A stretch of DNA of 64,000 nucleotides from Macrostomum lignano. Taxonomy: Eukaryota. Below, in pieces: positions 11,936-23,559 of the stretch. Every line of letters begins with the position of its first letter. Within the stretch, counting starts at the first letter, position 1. The position numbers and the translations under genes were made by a program. The stretch spans positions 92,556-156,555 of the forward strand of contig NIVC01001161.1 in the NCBI GenBank assembly GCA_002269645.1. Direction: 5' to 3'. Under the pieces are notes generated by a model, which ran no database searches, was not told where the DNA came from, and saw only the letters and a program-made list of their open reading frames with translations.

Positions 11936-12769
11936 CTCTGTCAGTTTCCCCTTGGCTTTTTCACTGTTCCGAGAAGACTAAAAGAGAGTTCTCTAGTTGG
12001 TTCCTGCTTATGGCCAAGCTAGCAACGAGTAATTTGTGTAGAATTCCCCGCGTCTGGTGTTCCAATGCAAAAGTCGCATGAAAGTCAGTTGACTGCCTAT
12101 TCTCAAATTTAAAGTCATTTTTTGAGTCCGTCAAATGTTTCATAATGATAAAAAAGGCATGGCGTTAACAGCTTTGCAATGACCAGAGCTTTTTTGGATG
12201 GAAAGTTTGTGAAATTCGAGTTTTATTTATTTATTTTTCTATGTTAGACTACTACAAGTAGCACGTAAAATACGAGCTCGTTACGATACTGGCTTGCTCT
12301 GTACGGTTTGCTGGGGAACTTATTGATTTTTTAGCGACTGTCTACACTTTGCATACGAAACCTTGGCTTGCATTTTTCTCATAATGTTTGGCTCGAGCTC
12401 CCTCCCTACCTGGGCCCGTCTGACTGGCTAAACATTGAGCCTCTCTTTCTTTCTGCCCAATACCTGAAGGCAGACAGAACTCCCGCTGTCTGTTAACTGT
12501 GCCATTTTCGCCTTGTTTTGATCTCCTATGAGGTGTTGCAGCTGATCAGTGGAAAGGATCTTAAATTAATAGAATCGAAACTTTTATTTCCTTCTGATAT
12601 AGTCTCAAGTTCTCAACAGCAGGTCCTGTTTGGCTCAATAGTTTCATGCTGCGATTGAGAGAAAGCTTAACTGAGGTTGTTTGTCGCTTTGTGCAGGTAA
12701 TTTCTGTGAGAGTTTGTGATTTAAAATTTGTGAATTCTAAGTTGTGAATTCTGGATTTTCTGACTGATG

Positions 12770-13620
12770 CGGGATTTCCAATAACCGCATTCGTGATTTC
12801 CAATAACCGCATTCGTGATTTCCAATAACCGCATTCGTGATTTCCAATAACCGCATTCGGAATTTCCAATAACCGCATTCGGGATTTCCAATAACCGCAT
12901 TCGGGATCTCCAATAACCGCATTCGGGATTTCCAATATCCGCATTCGGGATTTCCAATAACCGCATTCGGGATTTCCAATATCCGCATTCGGGATTTCCA
13001 ATAACCGCATTCGGGATTTCCAATAACCGCATTCGGGATTTCCAATAACCGCATTCGGGATTTCCAATAACCGCATTCGGGATTTCCAATAACCGCATTC
13101 GGGATTTCCAATAACCGCATTCGGGATCTCCAATAACCGCATTCGGGATTTCCAATATCCGCATTCGGGATTTCCAATAACCGCATTCGGGATTTCCAAT
13201 ATCCGCATTCGGGATTTCCAATAACCGCATTCGGGATTTCCAATATCCGAATTCGTGATTTCCAATAACCGCATTCGGGATTTCCAATATCCACATTCGG
13301 GATTTCCAATAACCGTATTCGGGATTTCCAATAACCGCATTTGGGATTTCCAATATCCGCATTCGGGATTTCCAATAACCGCATTCGGGATTTCCAATAA
13401 CCGTATTCGGGATTTCCAATAACCGCATTCGGGATTTCCAATAACCGCATTCGGGATTTCCAATATCCGCATTCGGGATTTCCAATAACCGCATTCGGGA
13501 TTTCCAATGTCTGAAGAGGGGATTTCCAAGAACCGAAGGGAGGATTTCCAAGAACTGAAGTGGGGATTTCCAAGAACTGAAGTAGGAATTTCCAAGAACT
13601 GAAGTGGGGATTTCCAAAGA
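12770..13620. repeat. 22-bp minisatellite (GGGATTTCCAATAACCGCATTC) with diverged terminal units
   Basis: Direct periodicity. Confidence 0.95.
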
Positions 13621-13948
13621 TTTTGACCACTGAAGCCAGTACCGTTTTGTCTGCTAGGAATAGAGGTTTAATCCGCTCATTTATCAATAAAATAAAGATT
13701 AGCGTTATAGATATTTTCTAAGAAATAAAAACTTCTATCATTGAAAATCCCGCAGCCCAAACAGGCGGAGACGTCGGTAGCGTCAGCCGCGGCAGATTAC
13801 GAGTTGTTATCAAACGAGTCTTTCATTGAGGACAGTTCACTAGCCGTATATCAGTCCTCCCTACGTACAGGAACTGCTCATTTTTATCACTGGCAGCATT
13901 GTTATTCTGCCGCGTCCGCGCGTCTGCAGCGGAAAAAATCTTCGGCAG

Positions 13949-13967
13949 TGACGTCATTGGCTATAAA
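13949..13967 (+). promoter_or_regulatory. Candidate core promoter for the LNX-like gene (CRE + inverted CCAAT + TATA)
   Basis: TGACGTCA (13949-13956), ATTGG (13956-13960) and TATAAA (13962-13967) are contiguous within a CpG-rich patch. A strong donor CA|GTGAGT follows at 14143, and an acceptor CCCCAG| lies at 16514. Confidence 0.45.
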
Positions 13968-14174
13968 TAGTAACAGCGTTAAAGCAGATAAACTGGCTTC
14001 AATAGAGCGCCAAACTTTGTCGTCGGCTTGGGTCCCGGTCTCTGCTGGCAACGGGCAGCTAAGAGAGTCGCCAACTGCTGCTGCTGTTGCTACTACTAGT
14101 AGTATTACTAATGGCAGCAGTAATGGAAATGCTTTTGTTGCAGTGAGTAGCCTTTTTTGTTAGCTTATGGACTC

Positions 14175-14760
14175 TAAGTTGGATTAGTGTCAGCTTATAT
14201 AGATGCCAAGTTGTATTAGTGTCAGCTCATATAGATGCCAAGTTGTATTAGTGTCAGCTCATATAGATGCCAAGTTGTATTAGTGTCAGCTTATATAGAT
14301 GAGCTTATATAGCTTATATAGATGCCAAGTTAGATTAGTGTCAGATTATATAGATGCCAAGTTGGATTAGTGTCAGCTTATATAGACACCAAGTTAGATT
14401 AGTGTCAGCTTATATAGACACCAAGTTAGATTAGTGTCAGCTTATATAGACACCAAGTTAGATTAGTGTCAGCTTATATAGACACCAAGTTAGATTAGTT
14501 TCAGCTTATATAGACACCAAGTTAGATTAGTGTCAGCTTATATAGACACCAAGTTAGATTAGTGTCAGCTTATATAGACACCAAGTTAGATTAGTGTCAG
14601 CTTATATAGACACCAAGTTAGATTAGTGTCAGCTTATATAGACACCAAGTTAGATTAGTGTCAGCTTATATAGACACCAAGTTAGATTAGTGTCAGCTTA
14701 TATAGACACCAAGTTAGATTAGTGTCAGCTTATAAAGATGCGAACTTGGATTAGTGTCAG
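14175..14760. repeat. 32-bp minisatellite (GATTAGTGTCAGCTTATATAGACACCAAGTTA)
   Basis: Direct periodicity. Confidence 0.95.
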
Positions 14761-15214
14761 CAGATACGATCTTCTATACAGGCTCTATGGTGATGCGTAA
14801 TCAATGGTTTAGTTTAAAAGTACAATTGCTGGGAAACATACGGGTTTCCTAGAAACAATATATCAGCCAATTTTGCACAATCTGCAGTGGATTATCAGCT
14901 ATAGTATCTGATGAATATGTGTAGCATAGTATGGTATTAATTCTGTATACAGCATTACTAACTGCCTGGGCTTGTCCCCGCATTCAATTATATGCATGTA
15001 GCATAAATTGGTGTGCGTGTTCCCCCAAAGTTTGCAAACAGCTTGTGTGCAGGCCGCTGCAATGTTTAGCATTGGGAGAAACTCTACACTTTTTGGGGCC
15101 TGCAGCCAGCACGTTTGAGGCTTGAAGTAACCGCTCTCATTCCTGCAGCTCTGGATACTGCGTACAATCTCAGAGACAGCGGCTTCGAAGCTTGCATCTC
15201 TTCTGTTCTGACTC

Positions 15215-15615
15215 TCGGATAATCCTGACTGACTCTCAGATATTCCTGACTGACTCACAGATATTCCTGACTGACTCTCAGATATTCCTGACTGACTCTC
15301 AGATATTCCTGACTGACTCACAGATATTCCTGACTGACTCTCAGACATTCCTGACTGACTCTCAGATATTCCTGACTGACTCTCAGACATTCCTGACTGA
15401 CTCTCAGATATTCCTGACTGACTCTCAGATATTCCTGACTGACTCTCAGATATTCCTGACTGACTCTCAAATATTCCTGACTGACTCTCAGATATTCCTG
15501 ACTGACTCTCAGATATTCCTGACTGACTCTCAGATATTCCTGACTGACTCTCAGATATTCCTGACTGACTCTCAGATATTCCTGACTGACTCTCAGATAT
15601 TCCTGACTGACTTTC
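15215..15615. repeat. 21-bp minisatellite (CTGACTGACTCTCAGATATTC)
   Basis: Direct periodicity. Confidence 0.95.
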
Positions 15616-16229
15616 ACTGTCCTTGATCAGGCACTCTGACCTATCAGAGATGAGCCTGCTTGTAGCCAGTCGCAAATGGCCAGTCCAGATTCTCGCATTT
15701 ATCTAGTAGTCCTTGGTCCTCCGCTATCTCTCTCCCTCTTTCGATATTTAAAGCATTGCCGAATTTGTGTATATATACATACGATCTGTGCATGAAAGTA
15801 CGGCGGGGATATGTGTGCTTGAAATGCGCGCTTCGAATCGTGTATATACACACATTCACATATGCATTGTGGCCCCTGTGTCTCCGGGCCTGCGCGTGCC
15901 TCACTCCAGGCTTGCTTTTTTATCCAGTGAAGTCTTGCAGCTAGTCAGGCCTGTGTTCTGTGTCTAGCATGTCTCTCTAAACGATTTCAACCAAAATCTA
16001 GTTTAGCCCTGCAGAATTATTAGCGAAATTTTAGTATATGGATGTTGCTGCAATTAACTATTGACAATGTTTTAAACTGCGGACTTTAACAGCGTCCATT
16101 AGTAAGTATATTTGACAAAATTTCTTTTAATAATAAAGCTGTTCTTTATTACTCATATTTTGGCCACTTTTTTACTCAATGGTTCGCTTAACAAGCGCTT
16201 GACATTGACATTGGTGTATTAAGCATTGC

Positions 16230-16341
16230 ATGCAGACAGACAGGCAGACAGGCAGGCAGACGGACAGACAGGCAGACAGACAGACAGACAGGCAGACAGA
16301 CAGACAGGCAAACAGACAGACATACAGACAGGCAGGCAGGC

Positions 16342-16374
<33 letters not shown>

Positions 16375-16490
16375 GGCAGGCAGACGGACAGACAGGCAGA
16401 CAGACAGACAGACAGACAGACAGACAGGCAGGCAGACGGACAGACAGACAGGCAGACAGACAGACAGACAGACAGGCAGACAGACAGACA
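16230..16490. repeat. (CAGA)n microsatellite
   Basis: Direct reading. Confidence 0.95.
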
Positions 16491-16655
16491 CAGGCCTTCC
16501 CCACCCCTCCCCAGGTGACGTCATCCAGCAGTCTCAACCAGCTGCGCGACCCCCTACAAGAGCCGAAGTCGGCAGCGGAACCCGACGCCTCAGCGGATCC
16601 ATATTTTCTGCTTCCATTTTTCTCCACCGCCCAGCAACAGCAGTTGCCGGTTACC

Positions 16656-19600
16656 ATGGCAACCAGTTCGGTTGCCAACAGTGGCGATGTTGCCAATGTC
16701 AATAAAAAATCGCCGGCAGCAAACGGCGGTCGCGGTGGCGGCAGCAGCGGCAGTGCATGCGGCTCGCTGAGCTCCCTGACTGGCGCCAGAAAAATTGACC
16801 TGTGCGCCTTCTGCGGCCAGTTTCACGAGCCCGGAGCCACCCACCTGTACGACTATAACCAGCAGGTCGACCAGGACCTGCTGTGCAAGGTAGGTTGAGC
16901 TTTGAACAGAATATTTCCCGCAATTTGATGTGGTAAATCAGTGAGGATTTTGGAATGTCAGTGTGAATGGCTTGTACTCGCAATCTAGTGCTTCTTTTCT
17001 GGGCGGCCAATAAGCAAGGGACAAAAATTATTTGTTAATCATCCAAGCCTTAACATCTAAACCATTTCTCCCGTAAGCCTTGATGTCTCTGCCAATCCCC
17101 TCCCGAGCCTTGGCATCTCAGCAATTCCCCCTGTAAGCCTTGACATCTCAGCAATTCCCCCTGTAAGCCTTGGCATCTCAGCAATTCCCCCTGTAAGCCT
17201 TGGCATCTCAGCAATTCCCCCAGTAAGCCTTGACATCTCAGCAATTCTCCCAGTAAGCCTTGACATCTCAGCAATTCCCCCAGTAAGCCTTGACATCTCA
17301 GCAATTCCCCAAGTAAGCCTTGAAATCTCAGCAATTCCCCCTGTAAGCCTTGACATCTCAGCAATTCCCCCAGTAAGCCTTGACATCTCAGCAATTCCCC
17401 TGTAAGCCTTGACATCTCAGCAATTCCTCCTGTAAGTCTCGACATCTCAGAAATTCCCCCAGTAAGCCTTGACATCTCAGCAATTCCTCCTGTAAGTCTC
17501 GACATCTCAGCAATTCCCCCTGTAAGCCTTGACATCTCAGCAATTCCCCCTGTAAGCCTTGACATCTCAGCAATTCGTAAGCCTTGACATCTCAGCAATT
17601 CCCCCAGTAAGCCTTGAAATCTCAGCAATTCCTCCTGTAAGTCTCGACATACTAGAATGTCACTAAGAATATTACAATTTAGGCCTATTGTTGTATAGGA
17701 AAAGACATTGGCAATCGCTAGCCAAGACGATTTCTATTCAAACCGGCTATCCCATAAGAAAAAGTTTGGACTGTTGCCAAAATTGCTGGCGTAAGCATAT
17801 AGTTAGCGTTGGCGCAGGGTTACTAAGACACGGACTATTACATTTATATTGATTCAACATTCGCTCTATACTAATAAGGGCGACAGGGCGAACAGGGCAT
17901 GGATAGCGTGGCTGCAGCTACGGTTGGTCTCTGCCATCTTGCGTGTTGTACATCAAGCATGTGCAGTCGAGATTCACCCATACCCCCCGGTCCTGCGCCC
18001 TGACCTACCAGTTAACTGGGCCGCGCATTCCCACCAAAGTACCAGTTGGGTGCGTGTCATGCTGCTGGGCAGAATTCTTCCTGCTTCTAATCCATCTTTG
18101 TTCCTTTAGTTCTGCTTCGATTCTTTCTTTACCTTTGCCTCTTCGGCTATAGCAGTTTGCCATGCATATTGGGATTGTGTCTGCGATTCTATCTAGGGTT
18201 CTATCTGGGATTCTATCTGGAATTATATCTTAGACTTTATCTGGGTTTCTATCTGGGATTCTGTCTGGGATTCTATCTGGATTCTGTCTGGGATTCTATC
18301 TCGATTCTGTCTGGGATTATATCTGGGATTATATCTAGGATTATATCTTGGAATATATCTGGGATTCTATCTGGGATTATATCTGGGATTATATCTAGGA
18401 TTATATCTTGGAATATATCTGGGATTCTATCTGGGATTATATCTAGGATTATATCTAGGATTATATCTTGAAATATATCTGGGATTCTATCTGGGATTAT
18501 ATCTGGGATTCTATCTGGAATTATATCTTAGACTTTATCTGGGTTTCTATCTGGGATTCTGTCTGGGATTCTATCTAGGATTATATCTTGGAATATATCT
18601 GGGATTGTATCTGGGATTCTATCTGGGAATCTATCTGGGATTCTTTCTGGGATTCTATCTGGGATTATATCTAAGATTATATCTTAGATTGTATCTGGGA
18701 TTCTATCTGGGATTCTATCTGGGATTCTATCTGGGAATCTGTCTGGGATTCTATCTGGGATTCTATCTGGGAATCTATCTAGGATTGTATCTGGGATTCT
18801 GCCTGGGATTCTATCTAGGATTGTATCTTGGATTCTATCTGGGATTCTGTCTGGGATTCTATCTGGGATTCTGTCTGGGATTCTATCTGGGATTGTATCT
18901 TGGATTCTATCTGGGATTCTGTCTGGAATTCTATCTGGGATTCTGTCTGGGATTCTATCTGGGATTGTATCTTGGATTATATCTGAGATTCTATCCGGGA
19001 TTCTATATGGGATTATATCTTGGATTCTATCTCAGATTCTATCTGGGATTCTTTCTGAAATTCTATCTTGAACTCTATCTAGGGTTTTGTCTGGAATTCT
19101 GTTTGAGATTCTATCTGAGGTTCTATCTTGGATTCAGTTTGAGATTCTATCTGAGGTTCTATCTTGGATTCAGTTTGAGATTCTATCTGAGGTTCTATCT
19201 TGGATTCAGTTTGAGATTCTATCTGGGGTTCTATCTTGGATTCTATCTGATATCTTATCAGCAAGGATTCTATATGGGATTCAGTTTGGCATTTTATATT
19301 GGATTCTATTTGAGATTCTATCTTGGATTCTCTATGAAATTCTGTTTGAGATACAGTTTGGGATTCTATCTGAGGTTCTGTCTGGAATTCTGCCTGCATT
19401 CTATGCGGAATACTGGAATCCTATGTTAAAGCTTAATCTGATTTACTGGTATGTAATGTATTTTTTAATAATCTAACTCGCAATATTCATATTTGTACTT
19501 TTATTGCATTTCAGCTGTGCCAGCAGCCTCTAGTAGAACCCTTGGATACAAAATGCGGTCACACTTTCTGCACGCCATGTCTGAAAAGTCACCTGGCCAA

Positions 19601-21143
19601 GCAGGCCCTGTGCCCGATTGACAAAAGTATTATTAACTTCATGGAGTGCTCGCAAGCTTCTAGCTTGGTTAAGAAGTAAGTTGTATTACCTCTTGCCTTT
19701 TACTATCGATATTATTATTATTATCTTATACCAGATCTTATACCAAAGGGCGGCGCCCTTTGAAGAATATGAGGGGTAGAGAGGAGGGATGGCGGCGCCT
19801 TTGAAGAATCTGAAGAAGAGGGGTGGCGGCGTCCTTTTTGGAATCTGAGGAGGGGCGTGGTGGCGTCCTTTTTAGAATCTGAGGAGGGGGTGGTGGCGTC
19901 CTTTTTACAATCTGAGGAGGGGGGTGGTGGCGTCCTTTTTAGAATCTGAGGAGGGGGGTGGTGGCGTCCTTTTTAGAATCTGAGGAGGGGTGGCGGCGTC
20001 CTTTTTAGAATCTGAGGAGGGGGGTGGTGGCGTCCTTTTTAGAATCTGAGGAAAGGTGGCGGCGTCCTTTTTAGAATCTGAGGAGGGGGGTGGTGGCGTC
20101 CTTTTTAGAATCTGAGGAGGGGTGGTGGCGTCCTTTTTAGAATCTGAGGAGGAGGGGTGGTGGCGTCCTTTTTAGAATCTGAGGAGGGGGGGTGGTGGCG
20201 TCCTTTTTAGAATCTGAGGAGGAGGGGTGGCGGCGCCCTTTGAGGAATCTGAGGAGGGGTGGTGGCGTCCTTTTTAGAATCTGAGGAGGAGGGGTGGCGG
20301 CGCCCTTTTTAGAATCTGAGGAGGGGTGGTGGCGTCCTTTTTAGAATCTGAGGAGGAGGGGTGGTGGCGTCCTTTTTAGAATCTGAGGAGGAGGGGTGGT
20401 GGCGTCCTTTTTAGAATCTGAGGAGGAGGGGTGGTGGCGTCCTTTTTAGAATCTGAGGAGGAGGGGTGGCGGCGCCCTTTTTAGAATCTGAGGAGGAGGG
20501 GTGGCGGCGCCCTTTGAGGAATCTGATGAATTCAGCACATTAGCGCTACTAATAATTTTCGCATGAATTTACTTAGTAAGTAGTGTATTTTGCATATCAT
20601 TTGAGTAGAAATTCTGCCAGCCAATAGGAGTACAGCAGTTTTCACAAGACGTTGCCCTCAATCCTCGGCTAGAGCTAGTTCTGTCTGAAGTATCTATATA
20701 GTAAGATGAAGCGGCAGTGCTTGGATCTAGAGCTTCACTCTGACTCACTTATAAGCTTAGTCTTTCGCGCACTAGTTACAGTGAAGCAGCAATGGTTTTC
20801 ATGCCCGATATCGTAGTAAAAGAAGAAGATTCTTCTGTCGCTATTGCCGCATCAGAATCTGTTTCTGCAAATAAACAAGCGCCATTTCCGGATATTGGCC
20901 GGGAAATCCTGCTTAATCCTGCTAGGTCTGTCCAAATATCATTTATTGTTCCGTCTGTGTTTTTATAATCTACCAGAAATATTACATTTTTTCGTTGCCA
21001 GGCTGCTAGACAAGCTTCTAGTTGTGTGCCCCAACGTGGACTACTGCGAAGAGGTCCTACAGCGGGCCAATCTCGAGGCGCACCTGACGCACAGGTGAGC
21101 GGGTGAAAGTCAATGTTATTTTAGCAATTAATTTTTGCTGCTA

Positions 21144-21174
<31 letters not shown>

Positions 21175-21211
21175 ACTACTACTGCTACTACTATTACTGC
21201 TACTGCTGCTG

Positions 21212-21249
<38 letters not shown>

Positions 21250-23450
21250 GCACTACCACCTTAACTCCCAGGTGTCGCGGCGCTGTCACCCGCTGCCCGA
21301 AAGCCTCGGCTGGCTGCTCATTTCAAGGCCCGAAAACTGCCCTGCAGAACCATCTGCTGGAGTGCCAGTTCCGCTCGGACGATGACTTGCCGCCAGCTGA
21401 GCCCGACTATAACGGTAATTGGTGTTCGTGCACGGGACTGAGACTGACACCTGTGAGATTTTAAAGTAACATGAGTGAGATTGTGAGAGTAACATGGGTG
21501 TGACTGAGAGTAGCAGGGGTGAGACTGAGAGTAACATGGGTGTGACTGTGAGAGTAATATGGGTGAGATTGTAGGAGGCAGTTGTGAGAACAGACTATTA
21601 GACTCAGATCTGAGCCTGATATCCATAGAAACAAGCATCGCTGCAATCCTTCCCTAGCCGACTGGCCACCCAAGGAGCCAATCATCAGCGGCCTTGTAAG
21701 CACCATCGAGATCCAACGAGGCTGTCTGGACCTCGGCGTCAGCTTTGTTGGCGGCTGCGACACGCCTTTGGTGAGTTCCGCGAGGCTGTCCCCATGGTCC
21801 TCTCTGTATGCCGCTGCTGTCTCCATGGTCCTCTCTGTATGCCGCTGCTGTCCCCATGGTCCTCTCTGTATGCCGCTGCTGTCTCCATGGTCCTCTCTGT
21901 ATGCCGCTGCTGTCCCCATGGTCCTCTCTGTAGGCCGCTGCTGTCCCCATGGTCCTCTCTGTATGCCGCTGCTGTCCCCATGGTCCTCTCTGTATGCCGC
22001 TGCTGTCCCCATGGTCCTCTCTGTAGGCCTCTGCTGTCCCCATGATCCTCTCTGTAGGCCGCTGCTGCCCTCGCCATGGTCCTCTCTGTAGGCCTCTGCT
22101 GTCCCCATGAGGCCTCTGCTGTCCCCATGGTCCTCTCTGTAGGCCTCTGCTGTCCCCATGGTCCTCTCTGTAGGCCTCTGCTGTCCCCATGGTCCTCTCT
22201 GTAGGCCTCTGCTGTCCCCATGAGGCCTCTGCTGTCCCCATGGTCCTCTCTGTAGGCCGCCGCTGTCCCCATGGTCCTCTCTGTATGCCGCTGCTGTCCC
22301 CATGGTCCTCTCTGTATGCCGCTGCTGTCCCCATGGTCCTCTCTGTAGGCCGCTGCTGTCCCCATGGTCCTCTCTGTAGGCCTCTGCTGTCCCCATGATC
22401 CTCTCTGTAGGCCGCTGCTGCCCTCGCCATGGTCCTCTCTGTAGGCCGCCGCTGTCCCCATGGTCCTCTCTGTAGGCCTCTGCTGTCCCCATGGTCCTCT
22501 CTGTAGGCCTCTGCTGTCCCCATGAGGCCTCTGCTGTCCCCATGGTCCTCTCTGTAGGCCGCCGCTGTCCCCATGGTCCTCTCTGTAGGCCTCTGCTGTC
22601 CCCATGGTCCTCTCTGTAGGCCTCTGCTGTCCCCATGAGGCCTCTGCTGTCCCCATGGTCCTCTCTGTAGGCCGCCGCTGTCCCCATGGTCCTCTCTGTA
22701 GGCCTCTGCTGTCCCCATGGTCCTCTCTGTAGGCCGCCGCTGTCCCCATGGTCCTCTCTGTAGGCCTCTGCTGTCCCCATGGTCCTCTCTGTAGGCCGCC
22801 GCTGTCTCCATGGTCCTCTCTGTAGGCCGCCGCTGTCCCCATGGTCCTCTCTGTAGGCCTCCGCTGTCTCCATGGTCCTCTCTGTGCCGTCTGTAGGCCG
22901 TTGGCAATCCGTAATCATGCCATTGCTTTAGCTGGTATAAGTCCGGATGCTTTCAACACACCAGACAGGCAAACCCGCATCTGTCAGATCTGCTTCAGAG
23001 CCAAGGTGAAGCAGAGAATGCCTTAGAAGTTTGTTTGTATTGCCATGCATGCATCTTTTAGACCACGTGTGACAGCTTTGCCAATCCGCCAGTTTCGTCG
23101 CGGTTTTCAGTCCATCCCCCACCCGCCCCGGGTCTGCCTATAAGCTGTGACGTAACCAATCCTTTTCTCTCTCGACCGTTCTGCGGTATTAGAGGGCTTC
23201 ATTATAGTTAGCCGCGATGACTCACGCATCCCATCGGGGCCCCGACCTCATTCTCCTGCCCTGCTCTGCTCCCCAAATCCCAGTTCTCGCTTCGTTTCAT
23301 TTCCCTTTGCCTCCCCCCCATTGCCGCCTCTGTCCTGCGCTGCTGGTCTCTTGCTGAGTCAAATTTACTGAGGTATCCACTCCCTTAGGACACTTTTGCT
23401 TGATTGGGGCTTCCTTTGGGACTGTCTGTCTGTCTGTCTGTCTGTCTGTG

Positions 23451-23493
<43 letters not shown>

Positions 23494-23528
23494 GTGTCTG
23501 TCTGTCTGTCTTAGTGTCTGCCTGCCTT

Positions 23529-23559
<31 letters not shown>

